In this document: positions 20,048 through 30,435 of the stretch, in pieces
How the letters are laid out: every line of letters starts with the position of its first letter
How positions within the stretch are numbered: the stretch's first letter is position 1
NCBI GenBank assembly: GCA_002796135.1
Contig: PCWB01000055.1
Coordinates: 22,109-86,108, forward strand
Direction of reading: 5' to 3'
DNA length: 64,000 nucleotides
From: Candidatus Omnitrophica bacterium CG11_big_fil_rev_8_21_14_0_20_41_12
GTDB lineage: Bacteria > Omnitrophota > Gorgyraeia > Gygaellales > Profunditerraquicolaceae
Notes under the pieces: generated by a model
What the model was told of the DNA's origin: nothing
Databases searched by the model: none
What the model saw: the letters and a program-made list of their open reading frames with translations, nothing else
Made by a program: the position numbers and the translations under genes

Positions 20048-21284
20048 GGTTCGGGAAGATTTTATTTCCAAATATAGTAACATTTTGTTTAAAAGTGCTG
20101 GCAATAAGACTGAAGTTGCCTCGGTAGTCAGGAATATCCTTGAAGGGATCTTAAGCCAGCCGCGCGGCGTGCTCAAAGAGCAGGAGAGAGATAATATCAT
20201 CAACGAGCTGGTAGATGAATTCTCCGGATTTGGGCCGATCGAAAAATTAATGATGGATCCGGATGTAACCGAGATCATGATCAACGGCACGCATAATGTC
20301 TACGTAGAAAAGCACGGAAAAAAAGAATTATCGAATATGAAATTTGATAGTGATCAGCAACTGATGTATGTTATTCAGAAGATCCTCTCACCTACCAGAA
20401 GAAGAGTGGATGAGACGGTTCCATATACGGATGTTTGCTTGCCTGATGGTTCGCGAGTTAATATTATTATTCCTCCTTTAGCTTTAGACGGACCGACAAT
20501 AACTATTCGTAAATTCTTGAGAAAGATTGTTAAAGCCGAGGATCTTATTGAATTGGGGACCTTGGATAGAAAAATGGCGGATTTTTTAATTGCTTGTATT
20601 AAGGCCAAGATAAATATGATATTTGCCGGAGCTACCGGAAGCGGTAAAACTACCACTGTCGGAGTGCTCTCCAGCTATATTGGAAACGATGAGCGTACGA
20701 TTACCATTGAAGATACGGCTGAACTGCATTTAGCGCAAGACCATGTGGTTAGGCTTGAAAGTAAACCGCCGAATATTGAAGGAAAGGGCGAGATTTCCAT
20801 CAGGGATCTTTTTCGTAATACGCTGCGGATGCGACCGCAGAGAATTATCTTAGGAGAAATCAGAAGCGCTGAAGCCCTGGATATGCTTCAGGCAATGTGC
20901 TCAGGCCATAACGGAGCGCTTTCAGTTATTCACGCTAATACTCCCAATGAAGTTCTGCATCGGCTGGAAACAATGATCTTAATGAGCGGAGTTCCGATAA
21001 CCTTAGAGGCTATCCACCGCCAGATTGCATCGAGTTTGCATTTGATTATTCAGCAGGATCAGCTTGCCGATGGAACGCGCAAGATTACCCGGATAACTCA
21101 GGTCAACGGATTAAAAAACGGCTGGGTAAATTTAGAGGATCTTTTTGTTTATGAGATTACCAATGTTATTGAAGGCGGCAAAGTTTTCGGCCGTTTTAAA
21201 GCCACTGGGGTCCAGCCGGATTTTTATCCGCTTTTTGTCAAAAGAGGCGTAGCTTTATCTAAAGATATTTTTAATAAGGATTAA
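20022..21284 (+). CDS. cpaF: CpaF/TadA-family pilus assembly ATPase (copy 1)
   Basis: DPDVTEIMING, TITIRKF, Walker A GATGSGKTT, TIEDTAEL, LRMRPQRIILGEIR. Confidence 0.9.
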   Translation: MAQQSLKNRVREDFISKYSNILFKSAGNKTEVASVVRNILEGILSQPRGVLKEQERDNIINELVDEFSGFGPIEKLMMDPDVTEIMINGTHNVYVEKHGKKELSNMKFDSDQQLMYVIQKILSPTRRRVDETVPYTDVCLPDGSRVNIIIPPLALDGPTITIRKFLRKIVKAEDLIELGTLDRKMADFLIACIKAKINMIFAGATGSGKTTTVGVLSSYIGNDERTITIEDTAELHLAQDHVVRLESKPPNIEGKGEISIRDLFRNTLRMRPQRIILGEIRSAEALDMLQAMCSGHNGALSVIHANTPNEVLHRLETMILMSGVPITLEAIHRQIASSLHLIIQQDQLADGTRKITRITQVNGLKNGWVNLEDLFVYEITNVIEGGKVFGRFKATGVQPDFYPLFVKRGVALSKDIFNKD

Positions 21285-21287
21285 TGA

Positions 21288-22532
21288 ATGTTCTGGACTA
21301 AAGCTTTTATACCGACATTAAAAGAAACGCCCAAAGAAGCAGAGTCGTTGAGCCATCAATTATTATTGCGTGCAGGATGCGCGCGGATGCTCATGGCTGG
21401 TGCTTATACTTATCTTCCATTGGGATTACGTGTTTTAGAAAAAATCCAAAGTATAATCCGTCAGGAGATGAATGCTTGTGGCGCTAGTGAATTACTTTTA
21501 CCGGCTTTACATCCCTTAGAGCTCTGGCAGAAGACCGGCCGGGATCAAGATATCGGTGAGGTAATGTTTAAATTCAAGGATCGCCGCGGCAGGAATGTTT
21601 GTTTGGGTCCGACACATGAGGAAGTGATTACGGATCTTGTAAAGAATAATTGTTCAACTTACCGGCAGCTGCCGTTGGTTTTATATCAGATCCAGACGAA
21701 GTTTCGCGATGAGATACGTCCGCGTTTCGGCTTAATCAGGGCTTGTGAGTTTATTATGAAAGATGCCTACAGCTTTGATCAAGATGAAGCAGGATTAGAT
21801 AAGAATTATCAGTTAATGTATGAAGCGTATAAACGGATATTCTCAAGATGCGGTTTAAAGACCCTGATTACCGATGCGGATTCCGGAGTTATGGGAGGAA
21901 AGGTTTCGCATGAATTTATGGCAGAAGCCCCGCTGGGTGAAGATATCGTATTAGTCTGCCCGAAATGTAAAACAGCTAAAGCTTTCAAAGAGGGCGATAG
22001 CCCTTGTTTTAAATGCCGGGTTGAGATGGACAAGATCAATACCATTGAAGTCGGCCATATTTTTAAATTGGGTACAAAATACAGCCAGGCGCTTGAGGCG
22101 AATTTCTCTGATGCTAAAGGGGAGCTGCGGCCTGTGGTTATGGGTTGTTACGGTATCGGCGTATCGCGCCTGGTTTCGGCGATTATCGAACAGAATAATG
22201 ATGCTGACGGAATTACTTGGCCTGGCGAGGTTGCTCCGTTTCAGATCATGGTTTTACCTTTAGATGTAACAAATCAAGCGATCATGCAGGAAGCACAGAA
22301 TTTTTATAATCAGATAAATGCCGCCGGGTTCTCCTGTCTTCTTGATGATCGTGATGAGCGCGCCGGAGTAAAATTTAAAGATGCGGATCTGATCGGATTG
22401 CCTTTGAGCATTGTGGTCGGCAAAAAAAATATTGAAGAAAAAAATATAGAATTAAGGATCCGTAAAGATAAATCAACCCAACTTGTGCCAAAGGAAGAGT
22501 TGGTAAAATTTATCTCTAAATTTTTAGCTTAA
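21288..22532 (+). CDS. proS: Prolyl-tRNA synthetase, short form lacking the INS editing domain
   Basis: LGPTHEE, KFRDEIRPRFG, EFIMKDAYSF, EVGHIFKLG, MGCYGIGVSR, GVKFKDADLIG. Confidence 0.96.
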   Translation: MFWTKAFIPTLKETPKEAESLSHQLLLRAGCARMLMAGAYTYLPLGLRVLEKIQSIIRQEMNACGASELLLPALHPLELWQKTGRDQDIGEVMFKFKDRRGRNVCLGPTHEEVITDLVKNNCSTYRQLPLVLYQIQTKFRDEIRPRFGLIRACEFIMKDAYSFDQDEAGLDKNYQLMYEAYKRIFSRCGLKTLITDADSGVMGGKVSHEFMAEAPLGEDIVLVCPKCKTAKAFKEGDSPCFKCRVEMDKINTIEVGHIFKLGTKYSQALEANFSDAKGELRPVVMGCYGIGVSRLVSAIIEQNNDADGITWPGEVAPFQIMVLPLDVTNQAIMQEAQNFYNQINAAGFSCLLDDRDERAGVKFKDADLIGLPLSIVVGKKNIEEKNIELRIRKDKSTQLVPKEELVKFISKFLA

Positions 22533-22546
22533 TTTACGAAAGGCAA

Positions 22547-23782
22547 GTGATGATGAATGCGCATTTACAGGCAGTAAAGGACGATATAATTAGTAAGCTT
22601 TCTGCAAGAGAGAAGGAATTTAAATTCGATTTTGCGCAAGGCAATTCCGTTGAATTCAAGCGAATAGTCGAATCAGCTTTTAAGGCGGTTATAAAAGAGG
22701 GCAAGATTGCGCTTAACCGTCAGGAGCAGGATGAGGTTTTGGGTGAAGTGATCTCTTATTTTATCGGAAGCGGCCCGATCGATGGTTTTCTGAGAGACCC
22801 GGAGGTTACCGAAATTATGGTTAATGGCCCCGGACAGATCTATATTGAACGCAAAGGGAATCTAGAGCTTACCGATGTTAGTTTTAAAAGCGAAGCCCAG
22901 ATTTTGCATCTTATTGAAAAAATAATTTCGCCAATGGGCAGAAGAGTTTCTGAGTTTGAGCCTTTTGTCGATGCCCGGCTTAATGACGGCTCACGGGTGA
23001 ATATCGTTAGGTCTCCGGTTTCCCGGATCGGCCCGCTATTGACGATTAGAAAATTTTCTTATCGGGTTTTGCATATGGATGATCTGATTAATTTAGGCAG
23101 TATTACGCCTGCGGCTGCTCAATTCTTAAAAGCTGCGGTTGAGTCTAGAATAAGCATATTGATTTCAGGCGGAGCCGGAACAGGCAAGACTACTTTTTTA
23201 AACGCCTTAATTGATTTTATTCCGGAGAATGAAAGATTGGTTACAATTGAGGATACCCGGGAGCTGATTATTTCAAAAAAGCATACAGTGCCGATGGAGA
23301 CCAGGCCTTTTAATATTGAGGGTAAGGGCCAGATTAGTATGCGGGATCTGTTTAAGAACGCTTTACATATGCGTCCGGATAGAATTATTGCCGGAGAGGT
23401 AAGGGGTGATGAGGTTTTAGAGATGATCCAGGCGATGAATACCGGCCATGAAGGCTCGATGACTACTCTGCACGCCAGCTCTCCACTAGAAGCTTTAGAC
23501 CGTTTAGAAATTTTGACTTTAATGGGTAGTAGCAATATGTCAAGTGAAGTGGCCAGGCGGCAGATTATCGGGGCCGTAGACCTGGTGGTTTATTTATCTA
23601 GATTTTCTGACGGCTCAAGAAGAGTGACCCAGATCAGCGAAGTAGTCAAGGCAAAAGAGTATTCTATCCAGGATATTTTTGTTTTTGATGAGGGTTCTGC
23701 GGTTCTTAAACCGGTTAATATTAAACCTAATTTTGCCGATAAATTGCGTAAAGCAGCTGGATATACGCTGCCAGGTTCTTAA
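22547..23782 (+). CDS. cpaF: CpaF/TadA-family pilus assembly ATPase (copy 2)
   Basis: DPEVTEIMVNG, LTIRKF, GGAGTGKTT, MRPDRIIAGEVRG, AMNTGHEGSMTTLHA. Confidence 0.9.
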   Translation: MMMNAHLQAVKDDIISKLSAREKEFKFDFAQGNSVEFKRIVESAFKAVIKEGKIALNRQEQDEVLGEVISYFIGSGPIDGFLRDPEVTEIMVNGPGQIYIERKGNLELTDVSFKSEAQILHLIEKIISPMGRRVSEFEPFVDARLNDGSRVNIVRSPVSRIGPLLTIRKFSYRVLHMDDLINLGSITPAAAQFLKAAVESRISILISGGAGTGKTTFLNALIDFIPENERLVTIEDTRELIISKKHTVPMETRPFNIEGKGQISMRDLFKNALHMRPDRIIAGEVRGDEVLEMIQAMNTGHEGSMTTLHASSPLEALDRLEILTLMGSSNMSSEVARRQIIGAVDLVVYLSRFSDGSRRVTQISEVVKAKEYSIQDIFVFDEGSAVLKPVNIKPNFADKLRKAAGYTLPGS

Positions 23783-23792
23783 AAGGAAAACG

Positions 23793-24251
23793 TTGATCAA
23801 GGAAACTTTAATCAAAGAATTAAATGAATTAAGCTCTCAATGCGCAAGCAGAGAGAATGTAGAATTCGTTGATTTAATTTACCGTTATGAAGGCAACCGG
23901 TTGGTTTTGAGGGTTTTAGTTGACCGGCTGCAGGGCGGTATCACTTTAGGAGAATGCGCTTTATTCAACCGTCAGCTTAAAGGTCTTTTGGAAGAGAAAA
24001 ATATAATTGACGGTGATTATGTTTTAGAGGTTTGCTCCCCGGGACTTGATCGTAATCTTAAGACGCAGAAAGATTTTCTGCGCTGTATAAATAAAGAAGT
24101 AGTATTTTTTCTCAATGATTTAGCAGGCGGAAAATTACAGCAGCAGGGGATAATCAATAAGGTTGATGAGCATAGGGTAACTATTGAAAATTCGGGTCAA
24201 AGTTTAGAGATCCCGTTGATTAAAATAAACAAAGCACAATTAGCAATCTAA
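23793..24251 (+). CDS. rimP: Ribosome maturation factor RimP
   Basis: LRVLVD...GITLGEC, YVLEVCSPGLDR; upstream of nusA; TTG start after AAAGGA. Confidence 0.9.
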   Translation: MIKETLIKELNELSSQCASRENVEFVDLIYRYEGNRLVLRVLVDRLQGGITLGECALFNRQLKGLLEEKNIIDGDYVLEVCSPGLDRNLKTQKDFLRCINKEVVFFLNDLAGGKLQQQGIINKVDEHRVTIENSGQSLEIPLIKINKAQLAI

Positions 24252-24271
24252 GCGGAATTGGAGAGAAAAAA

Positions 24272-25540
24272 ATGAGTCAGGAACTACTTGCAATTATCGA
24301 ACAGATTGAACGTGAAAAAGGGATTAAAAAAGAAATTATGATTGAGGCTGTGGAGAGTGCGATGCTTAGCGCAGCTAAAAGAGTAATTGATTTAAAGCCG
24401 GATGAGGAGTTTAAGGTGCAGATTGACCGTGCCACCGGCCAAATTCACGCTTTTCGTAATAATGAAGAGGTGACCAATATTGATTTTGGCCGTATCGCCG
24501 CTTCTACCGCTCGTCAGGTGATTATCCAAAAAATGCGAGAAGCAGAGAAAGATGTAATTTTTGTTGAATTTCAAAGCCGTGTCGGTGAGATTGTCAGCGG
24601 AACGGTTTACCGTTTTGAAAAAGGCAATGTGATCGTTGATCTATTAGGTAAAGCCGAAGGCATCCTGCTTAAGCGCGAACAATCCCCTAAGGAGGAATTC
24701 AAGCAAGGCCAAAGGATCCGGGCTTATGTTGTTGAAGTGAAAAAAGATACCAAGGGCCCGCAGATTATTTTGTCGCGCATACATCTTAATCTGGTTAAAG
24801 AATTATTTGAACTTGAGGTTCCTGAGATCTATGAAGGAATCGTCGAGATCAGAGGGATATCGCGCCAGGCCGGGGAACGGACAAAGATATCGGTCTATTC
24901 CAAGAATGAAAAAGTGGATGCTGTAGGAGCCTGCGTTGGCATGCGTGGCAACCGGGTAAGAAATATTGTTAATGAACTGCAGGGAGAAAAAATTGATATT
25001 GTGCGTTTTAATGAAGATGTACGTGAATATATCAAGGCTGCTCTTTCTCCGGCTAAAGTTGCCGAAATTAAATTGGATCGGGATAAAATGAAGGCTGAAG
25101 TTATTGTCGATGATGATCAGCTTTCTTTGTCTATCGGTAAACACGGACAAAATGTTCGCCTGGCTTCCAGGCTTCTGGGTTGGGAACTGGATATCCGCAC
25201 GAAGAGCATGATTGCCGCTGAAGCCCTTGGTGGAAAAACAGAGGCTAAAGTCGGAGAAGTTAAAGAGGAAGCACCTAAAGATAAAAAAGCTAAAAAGGCA
25301 GTTAAGAAAACAACTAAAAAAGAAGTTAAAAAAGAAGCGAAAAAAACAACTAAAAAAGAAGGGGCTTCCTTAGAAGACCTTTCCGGATTAGGCGCCAAGG
25401 TTATCGAAAGCTTAAAAAGTGCAGGGATTAAAAGCATCAGTGGGATAGTTGAAGCCAAGGCTGAAGGATTAATGAAGATTAAAGGTATCGGAGAGAAGAA
25501 AGCTCAAAAAATTATTACGGAAGCTAAAAAACTATTATAA
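24272..25540 (+). CDS. nusA: Transcription factor NusA with Lys-rich linker and C-terminal HhH
   Basis: FGRIAASTARQVIIQK, FELEVPEI, VGACVGMRG, IGKHGQNVRLA. Confidence 0.96.
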   Translation: MSQELLAIIEQIEREKGIKKEIMIEAVESAMLSAAKRVIDLKPDEEFKVQIDRATGQIHAFRNNEEVTNIDFGRIAASTARQVIIQKMREAEKDVIFVEFQSRVGEIVSGTVYRFEKGNVIVDLLGKAEGILLKREQSPKEEFKQGQRIRAYVVEVKKDTKGPQIILSRIHLNLVKELFELEVPEIYEGIVEIRGISRQAGERTKISVYSKNEKVDAVGACVGMRGNRVRNIVNELQGEKIDIVRFNEDVREYIKAALSPAKVAEIKLDRDKMKAEVIVDDDQLSLSIGKHGQNVRLASRLLGWELDIRTKSMIAAEALGGKTEAKVGEVKEEAPKDKKAKKAVKKTTKKEVKKEAKKTTKKEGASLEDLSGLGAKVIESLKSAGIKSISGIVEAKAEGLMKIKGIGEKKAQKIITEAKKLL

Positions 25541-25566
25541 TTTTTTTAAGATAGGATGGAGTAATT

Positions 25567-27663
25567 ATGCCCAAAGTAAAAAAAGAAAAAACTGCGGTAA
25601 AAAAAATAACTAAGCCTAAAATCAAAGCTGTCATAAAAACTAAGAAGGTTTCTGTGGCTAAGGCCTCTGCTCCCAAGCCTAAAATTAAGGCTGTGGCTAA
25701 ATCGCTTAAGGCTAAGCCGGTAGTTAAAAAAGTCAAAGAAGAGATTAGGCCTGTAATCAAGCCTGTAAAGCCTGCAGCGCCTGAAATTAAAGTTGAGGTT
25801 AAGCCGGTAATTGAGCCTATTCATAGGCCCCATAAGCCGGAGGAAAAGCTTAAGACTGCTTCTCATGTTCAAACCGCTCCTGCTCCTGAAAAAGCAGAGG
25901 TTACTGCCAGCAAAGAGATTGAACTTGAACTGCCGATCAATGTTAAAGATCTGGCGATAAAATTACAGGAGAAATCCTCGGTTTTAATTAAACATCTTAT
26001 GAGCATGGGGGTAATGACCGGCATTAATCAGAGCCTGGATGAAGCGACTCTGAATAAGTTATGTTTAAAATACGATTTTAAAATTAAAAAAGCTCCTACA
26101 GCCGAAGAATTAATTTTACAGGAGCATAAAAAAATAGATAAACCCAAGGATCTTAAGAGTCGTAGTCCGATCGTTACATTTATGGGGCATGTCGATCACG
26201 GAAAAACTTCTTTACTTGATGCGATATGCAAAACTAAAGTTACTGAAGCTGAGCACGGAGGAATTACTCAGCATATCGGTGCTTACCGCGTTAGTTTCCA
26301 CCAGGGTGCGATTACTTTCTTAGATACTCCCGGTCATGAGGCATTTACCGCGATGCGCGCCCGCGGAGCAAGTATTACGGATATCGTGGTCCTGGTTGTC
26401 GCTGCCGATGACGGCATCATGCCGCAAACTCAGGAAGCCATTGATCATGCGCGTGCCGCAGGAGTAGCCATTATCGTAGCGATAAATAAAATCGATAAAG
26501 CGGGTGTAAATATTGATACGGTTAAAAAACAATTATCGCAGGTTGATTTAGCCGCTGAGGATTGGGGAGGAAAAACCATTACTGTGCCGGTATCCGCAAA
26601 AACCGGTGAAGGCATAGATACGTTATTGGAAATGATTTTGCTGCAGGCAGAAATCATGGAATTAAAAGCAAATCCTGACCGCTTGGCATATGGGGTAGTT
26701 GTTGAAGCTAGAATGGCTAAAGGCCGCGGACCGGTTGCAACTCTGTTGGTGCAAAACGGTTCTTTGAGCCTTAATCAAAATATTATTGTCGGTAATTTAT
26801 ATGGAAAGATCCGGGCAATGCTTGATGACCGGGGCCATGGAGTGACCAGCGTCGGCCCTGCTTCTCCGGTTGAGGTTTTAGGTATAACCGGTATCCCTCA
26901 GGTAGGAGAGCAGTTTTTTGCGATTGCAGATGAAAAAGAGGCAAAAAACTTGATTGCGGCACGTGCAGAAAAAGACAGGCAGCAGCAGGTTAAGGAGGTT
27001 AAGCGTATAAGCCTAGAAGACCTGCATGCCCAGATCGCCGGAGGTAAAATTAAAGATTTAAAATTAATTATCAAGGCGGATGTTCAGGGGTCGCTTGAGG
27101 CAATCAAGGATACTTTAGAGAAACTGAATGTCTCTGAAATAAAGATTAATATAATCCATATGGGGGCAGGCAATATCAATATCTCGGATGTGGTTTTAGC
27201 TATGGCCTCAGATGCGTTGATTTTAGGGTTTAATGTTACTGCCGATGTATTGGCTAAAGAGCTGATTGCCAAAGAAGGTGTTGAGTTAAAAACCTATAGT
27301 ATTATTTATGAACTGGCCAATGATATTAAGGCTGCGGTAGAAGGGATGCTGGCTCCTAAGTTAAAGAAAGTATTTTTAGGCAAAGTGGAAGTGCGGAAAA
27401 TGTTTAAGCTGACCCGTTCCGGTTTAATTGCCGGTTGCTATGTTACTAAGGGTAAGGTTAATCGTAATTGTATGGTTACGGTAATGCGCAATGGTGAGTC
27501 TGCTTTTGAAGGCAAACTTTCAAGCTTAAAACGTTTTAAGGATGATGTGCGTGAAGTGGGAGAAGGTTTTGAATGCGGTATTGCTATCGGCGGATTTGAC
27601 CAGTTAATGGAAGGCGATATCATCGAGGCTTACGATATTAAAAAAATAGCCAGAAAACTATGA
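25567..27663 (+). CDS. infB: Translation initiation factor IF-2 with Lys/Pro/Ala-rich N-terminus
   Basis: [39 protein letters not shown]. Confidence 0.98.
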   Translation: MPKVKKEKTAVKKITKPKIKAVIKTKKVSVAKASAPKPKIKAVAKSLKAKPVVKKVKEEIRPVIKPVKPAAPEIKVEVKPVIEPIHRPHKPEEKLKTASHVQTAPAPEKAEVTASKEIELELPINVKDLAIKLQEKSSVLIKHLMSMGVMTGINQSLDEATLNKLCLKYDFKIKKAPTAEELILQEHKKIDKPKDLKSRSPIVTFMGHVDHGKTSLLDAICKTKVTEAEHGGITQHIGAYRVSFHQGAITFLDTPGHEAFTAMRARGASITDIVVLVVAADDGIMPQTQEAIDHARAAGVAIIVAINKIDKAGVNIDTVKKQLSQVDLAAEDWGGKTITVPVSAKTGEGIDTLLEMILLQAEIMELKANPDRLAYGVVVEARMAKGRGPVATLLVQNGSLSLNQNIIVGNLYGKIRAMLDDRGHGVTSVGPASPVEVLGITGIPQVGEQFFAIADEKEAKNLIAARAEKDRQQQVKEVKRISLEDLHAQIAGGKIKDLKLIIKADVQGSLEAIKDTLEKLNVSEIKINIIHMGAGNINISDVVLAMASDALILGFNVTADVLAKELIAKEGVELKTYSIIYELANDIKAAVEGMLAPKLKKVFLGKVEVRKMFKLTRSGLIAGCYVTKGKVNRNCMVTVMRNGESAFEGKLSSLKRFKDDVREVGEGFECGIAIGGFDQLMEGDIIEAYDIKKIARKL

Positions 27664-28640
27664 AAAAAATAATCTTAAGCGGAATGCGGCCTACGGGCAA
27701 ATTACATCTGGGCCATTTGGTCGGCGCATTGGCTAATTGGACTAAACTGCAAGATGAATACGATTGTTTATTTATGGTTGCCGATTGGCATGCTTTGATG
27801 TCGGAATACGAAAATCCGTCGGAGCTTAAAGCCAACATGCGGGATAATGTGCTTGATTGGTTAGCCTGCGGCATTGATCCTGAGAAATGCACCATATTTA
27901 TTCAGTCGCATGTTCCAGAACATCTTGAGCTTTATTTTATTCTTTCTTTGATTACGCAATTAGGATTGCTTGAAAGGTGCCCTACTTATAAAGAGCAGTT
28001 ACGCGAAGTAGCCAACCGTGATTTAAAGACCTATGCTTTTCTGGGGTATCCGGTTTTACAGGCTGCCGATATCTTACTTTATAAAGCCGATAGCGTGCCT
28101 GTGGGTGAGGATCAGCTTGCGCATCTTGAGCTAAGCCGTCAGATTGCGCGTAAATTTAATCATCTTTATAAAGTAGATTGTTTTTCGGATCCCCAAGCCC
28201 TGCTTACTCAAAACACGCGCCTTCTGGGATTAGACGGCCGTAAGATGAGCAAAAGTTATAATAATTATATCGGCCTATCCGAGGAGCCGCAAGTTATCCG
28301 CAAAAAGATACAGAGTATGTTTACCGATCCACAGCGTATCCGGCTGGCTGATCCCGGACACCCGCATAAATGCAACGTTTTTTCATATTACACAATATTT
28401 TTCCCGCAGATGCAGAAAGAAGCAGAGCAGCGTTGCGCTAAATCAGAGATTGGTTGCACTGAATGTAAAAAAGAGCTGGCCGAGAAGATCATCGTCTTAT
28501 TGGCTCCGATTCAGGAAAAAAGAAGTTCTTTACAGGAAGATGAAAAGTATATCCAGGAGATTTTGTCTGCAGGTTGTGCTAAGGCCGAAGGATTAGCTAG
28601 AAAAACGATTACCGAAGTAAGAGAGCTGCTTAAAATATAA
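27660..28640 (+). CDS. trpS: Tryptophanyl-tRNA synthetase
   Basis: SGMRPTGKLHLGH, YPVLQAADIL, VPVGEDQ, KMSKS. Confidence 0.97.
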   Translation: MKKIILSGMRPTGKLHLGHLVGALANWTKLQDEYDCLFMVADWHALMSEYENPSELKANMRDNVLDWLACGIDPEKCTIFIQSHVPEHLELYFILSLITQLGLLERCPTYKEQLREVANRDLKTYAFLGYPVLQAADILLYKADSVPVGEDQLAHLELSRQIARKFNHLYKVDCFSDPQALLTQNTRLLGLDGRKMSKSYNNYIGLSEEPQVIRKKIQSMFTDPQRIRLADPGHPHKCNVFSYYTIFFPQMQKEAEQRCAKSEIGCTECKKELAEKIIVLLAPIQEKRSSLQEDEKYIQEILSAGCAKAEGLARKTITEVRELLKI

Positions 28641-29405
28641 ATGAATTATAAAATACGTTTAGATATTTTCGAAGGCCCCTTAGATTTATTGTTATATCTG
28701 GTAAAAAAAGATCATCTTAATATCTATGATATTCCGATTGCCAAAGTTACCCAGCAGTATCTTGAGTATATCAATTTTATGCAGCTGCTGGATTTAAATA
28801 TCGTTGGTGAATTTATAGTGATGGCGGCTACACTGATGCAGATAAAATCTAAGATGCTTCTTCCGGCGCAGGAATCAGCTGCTTTAGAAGAAGAGGAGGA
28901 CCCCCGTGTAGAACTTGTCAAAAGACTTCTTGAATATGAAAAGTTTAAACAGGTTGCCCAGGATCTAAGGCAGCGGGAGGTCGATCAGCAGGATGTTTTT
29001 ATACGGCCTAAAACCGAAATTCCCGAAGAGGATAAAACGCAAACCAAGGAAGAGGTTTATTTCGAGGCCAGTATCTTTGATTTAATCAGTGCTTTTTCCC
29101 GGGCGTTAAAGGATGTGCCACGCGAAGTTTTTTATGAAGTAATTAAAGATCAGTTTACCGTTGAGCAGAAGGTGCATGATATTTTGCACATGTTATTGGT
29201 GCAGTCAGAGATTAAGCTTTCGGAGCTTTTCGCCAAGACAAAATCTAAAATGGAAATAATCGTAGTTTTCTTAGCGATCTTAGAGTTGGCCAAGATGAAA
29301 GAGATCGTTGCTCGCCAGGACAGGCAATTTGAAGACATCATTATAGTCAGGAATAAAGAGAACATCATACCTTATGAGCGAAGAGATCCGGCGCACCCTG
29401 CTTAA
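28641..29405 (+). CDS. scpA: Segregation and condensation protein A (kleisin)
   Basis: FEGPLDLLLYL, MAATLMQIKSKMLLP, FLAILEL. Confidence 0.95.
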   Translation: MNYKIRLDIFEGPLDLLLYLVKKDHLNIYDIPIAKVTQQYLEYINFMQLLDLNIVGEFIVMAATLMQIKSKMLLPAQESAALEEEEDPRVELVKRLLEYEKFKQVAQDLRQREVDQQDVFIRPKTEIPEEDKTQTKEEVYFEASIFDLISAFSRALKDVPREVFYEVIKDQFTVEQKVHDILHMLLVQSEIKLSELFAKTKSKMEIIVVFLAILELAKMKEIVARQDRQFEDIIIVRNKENIIPYERRDPAHPA

Positions 29406-30426
29406 GGGAAATCCTAGCGTGGACAATATTAAGGAATCCGAAGAGGATGTTGTCCTTAATATATCTTTGCGGCCAAAAAAGTTTAACGAATTCGTCGGCC
29501 ATAAAGATATTGTGGATAATTTAAAAATTTCGATTCAAGCCGCCAAAGAGCGCAAGGAACCCCTTGAACATGTGCTTTTAAGTGGGCCTCCGGGACTGGG
29601 TAAAACTTCTTTATCGCATATTATTTCACATGAGATGGGTGCCAAAATCACCGCCACATCAGGCCCGGCGATTGAACGCGCCGGGGACCTCATCGGTATT
29701 CTGACCAATCTTGAAGTCGGAGACATTCTTTTTATTGACGAAATACACCGGATGTCTAAAGTAGTGGAAGAGTTTTTGTATCCGGCAATGGAGAGTTTTC
29801 AGATTGATTTTATAATTGATAAAGGCCCCTATGCCAAGACGATTAAATTTAATCTTAAGCCTTTTACTTTAATCGGAGCAACTACCCGCACAGGCCTGTT
29901 GGCTGCTCCGCTGCGCGGCAGATTCGGTATATTTTACAGCCTTGATTTTTATAAAATAGAAGATCTGGCTAAAATTATAAAAAATTCAAGCCGTTTATTA
30001 ACGATACAAATTGATGATGATGCCTGTCTAGAGATTGCCAAGCGCTCAAGAGGGACGCCGCGTATTGCTAATCGTCTTTTAAGAAGGGTGAGGGATTACT
30101 CTCAGGTTCTAAAAATCGAAAAAGTTGACCAAGCTTCGGCTGCTAAAATTCTTAATGAGCTAGGGATTGATCAGGCAGGTTTTGATGATCTGGACCGTAA
30201 AGTTCTAAAATTAATCCTGGAATCATTCGGCGGCGGCCCGGTGGGCATTGAGTCTTTGGCGGCCAGCCTTAATGAAGAGATCGATACGATTGCCGATACA
30301 GTTGAGCCGTATCTTTTAATGGCTGGCTATCTAAAACGCACCTCCCGCGGAAGGCTAGCGACCAGAAAGGCCTTCGAACATTTTGGGCTGAAATTTAATA
30401 AAGAGCAACAGGAAGAGATTTTTTAG
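29374..30426 (+). CDS. ruvB: Holliday junction branch migration ATPase
   Basis: LRPKKF, GPPGLGKT, FIDEIHR, RSRGTPRIANRLLRRVRD. Confidence 0.97.
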   Translation: MSEEIRRTLLKGNPSVDNIKESEEDVVLNISLRPKKFNEFVGHKDIVDNLKISIQAAKERKEPLEHVLLSGPPGLGKTSLSHIISHEMGAKITATSGPAIERAGDLIGILTNLEVGDILFIDEIHRMSKVVEEFLYPAMESFQIDFIIDKGPYAKTIKFNLKPFTLIGATTRTGLLAAPLRGRFGIFYSLDFYKIEDLAKIIKNSSRLLTIQIDDDACLEIAKRSRGTPRIANRLLRRVRDYSQVLKIEKVDQASAAKILNELGIDQAGFDDLDRKVLKLILESFGGGPVGIESLAASLNEEIDTIADTVEPYLLMAGYLKRTSRGRLATRKAFEHFGLKFNKEQQEEIF

Positions 30427-30435
30427 ATTTATAAT

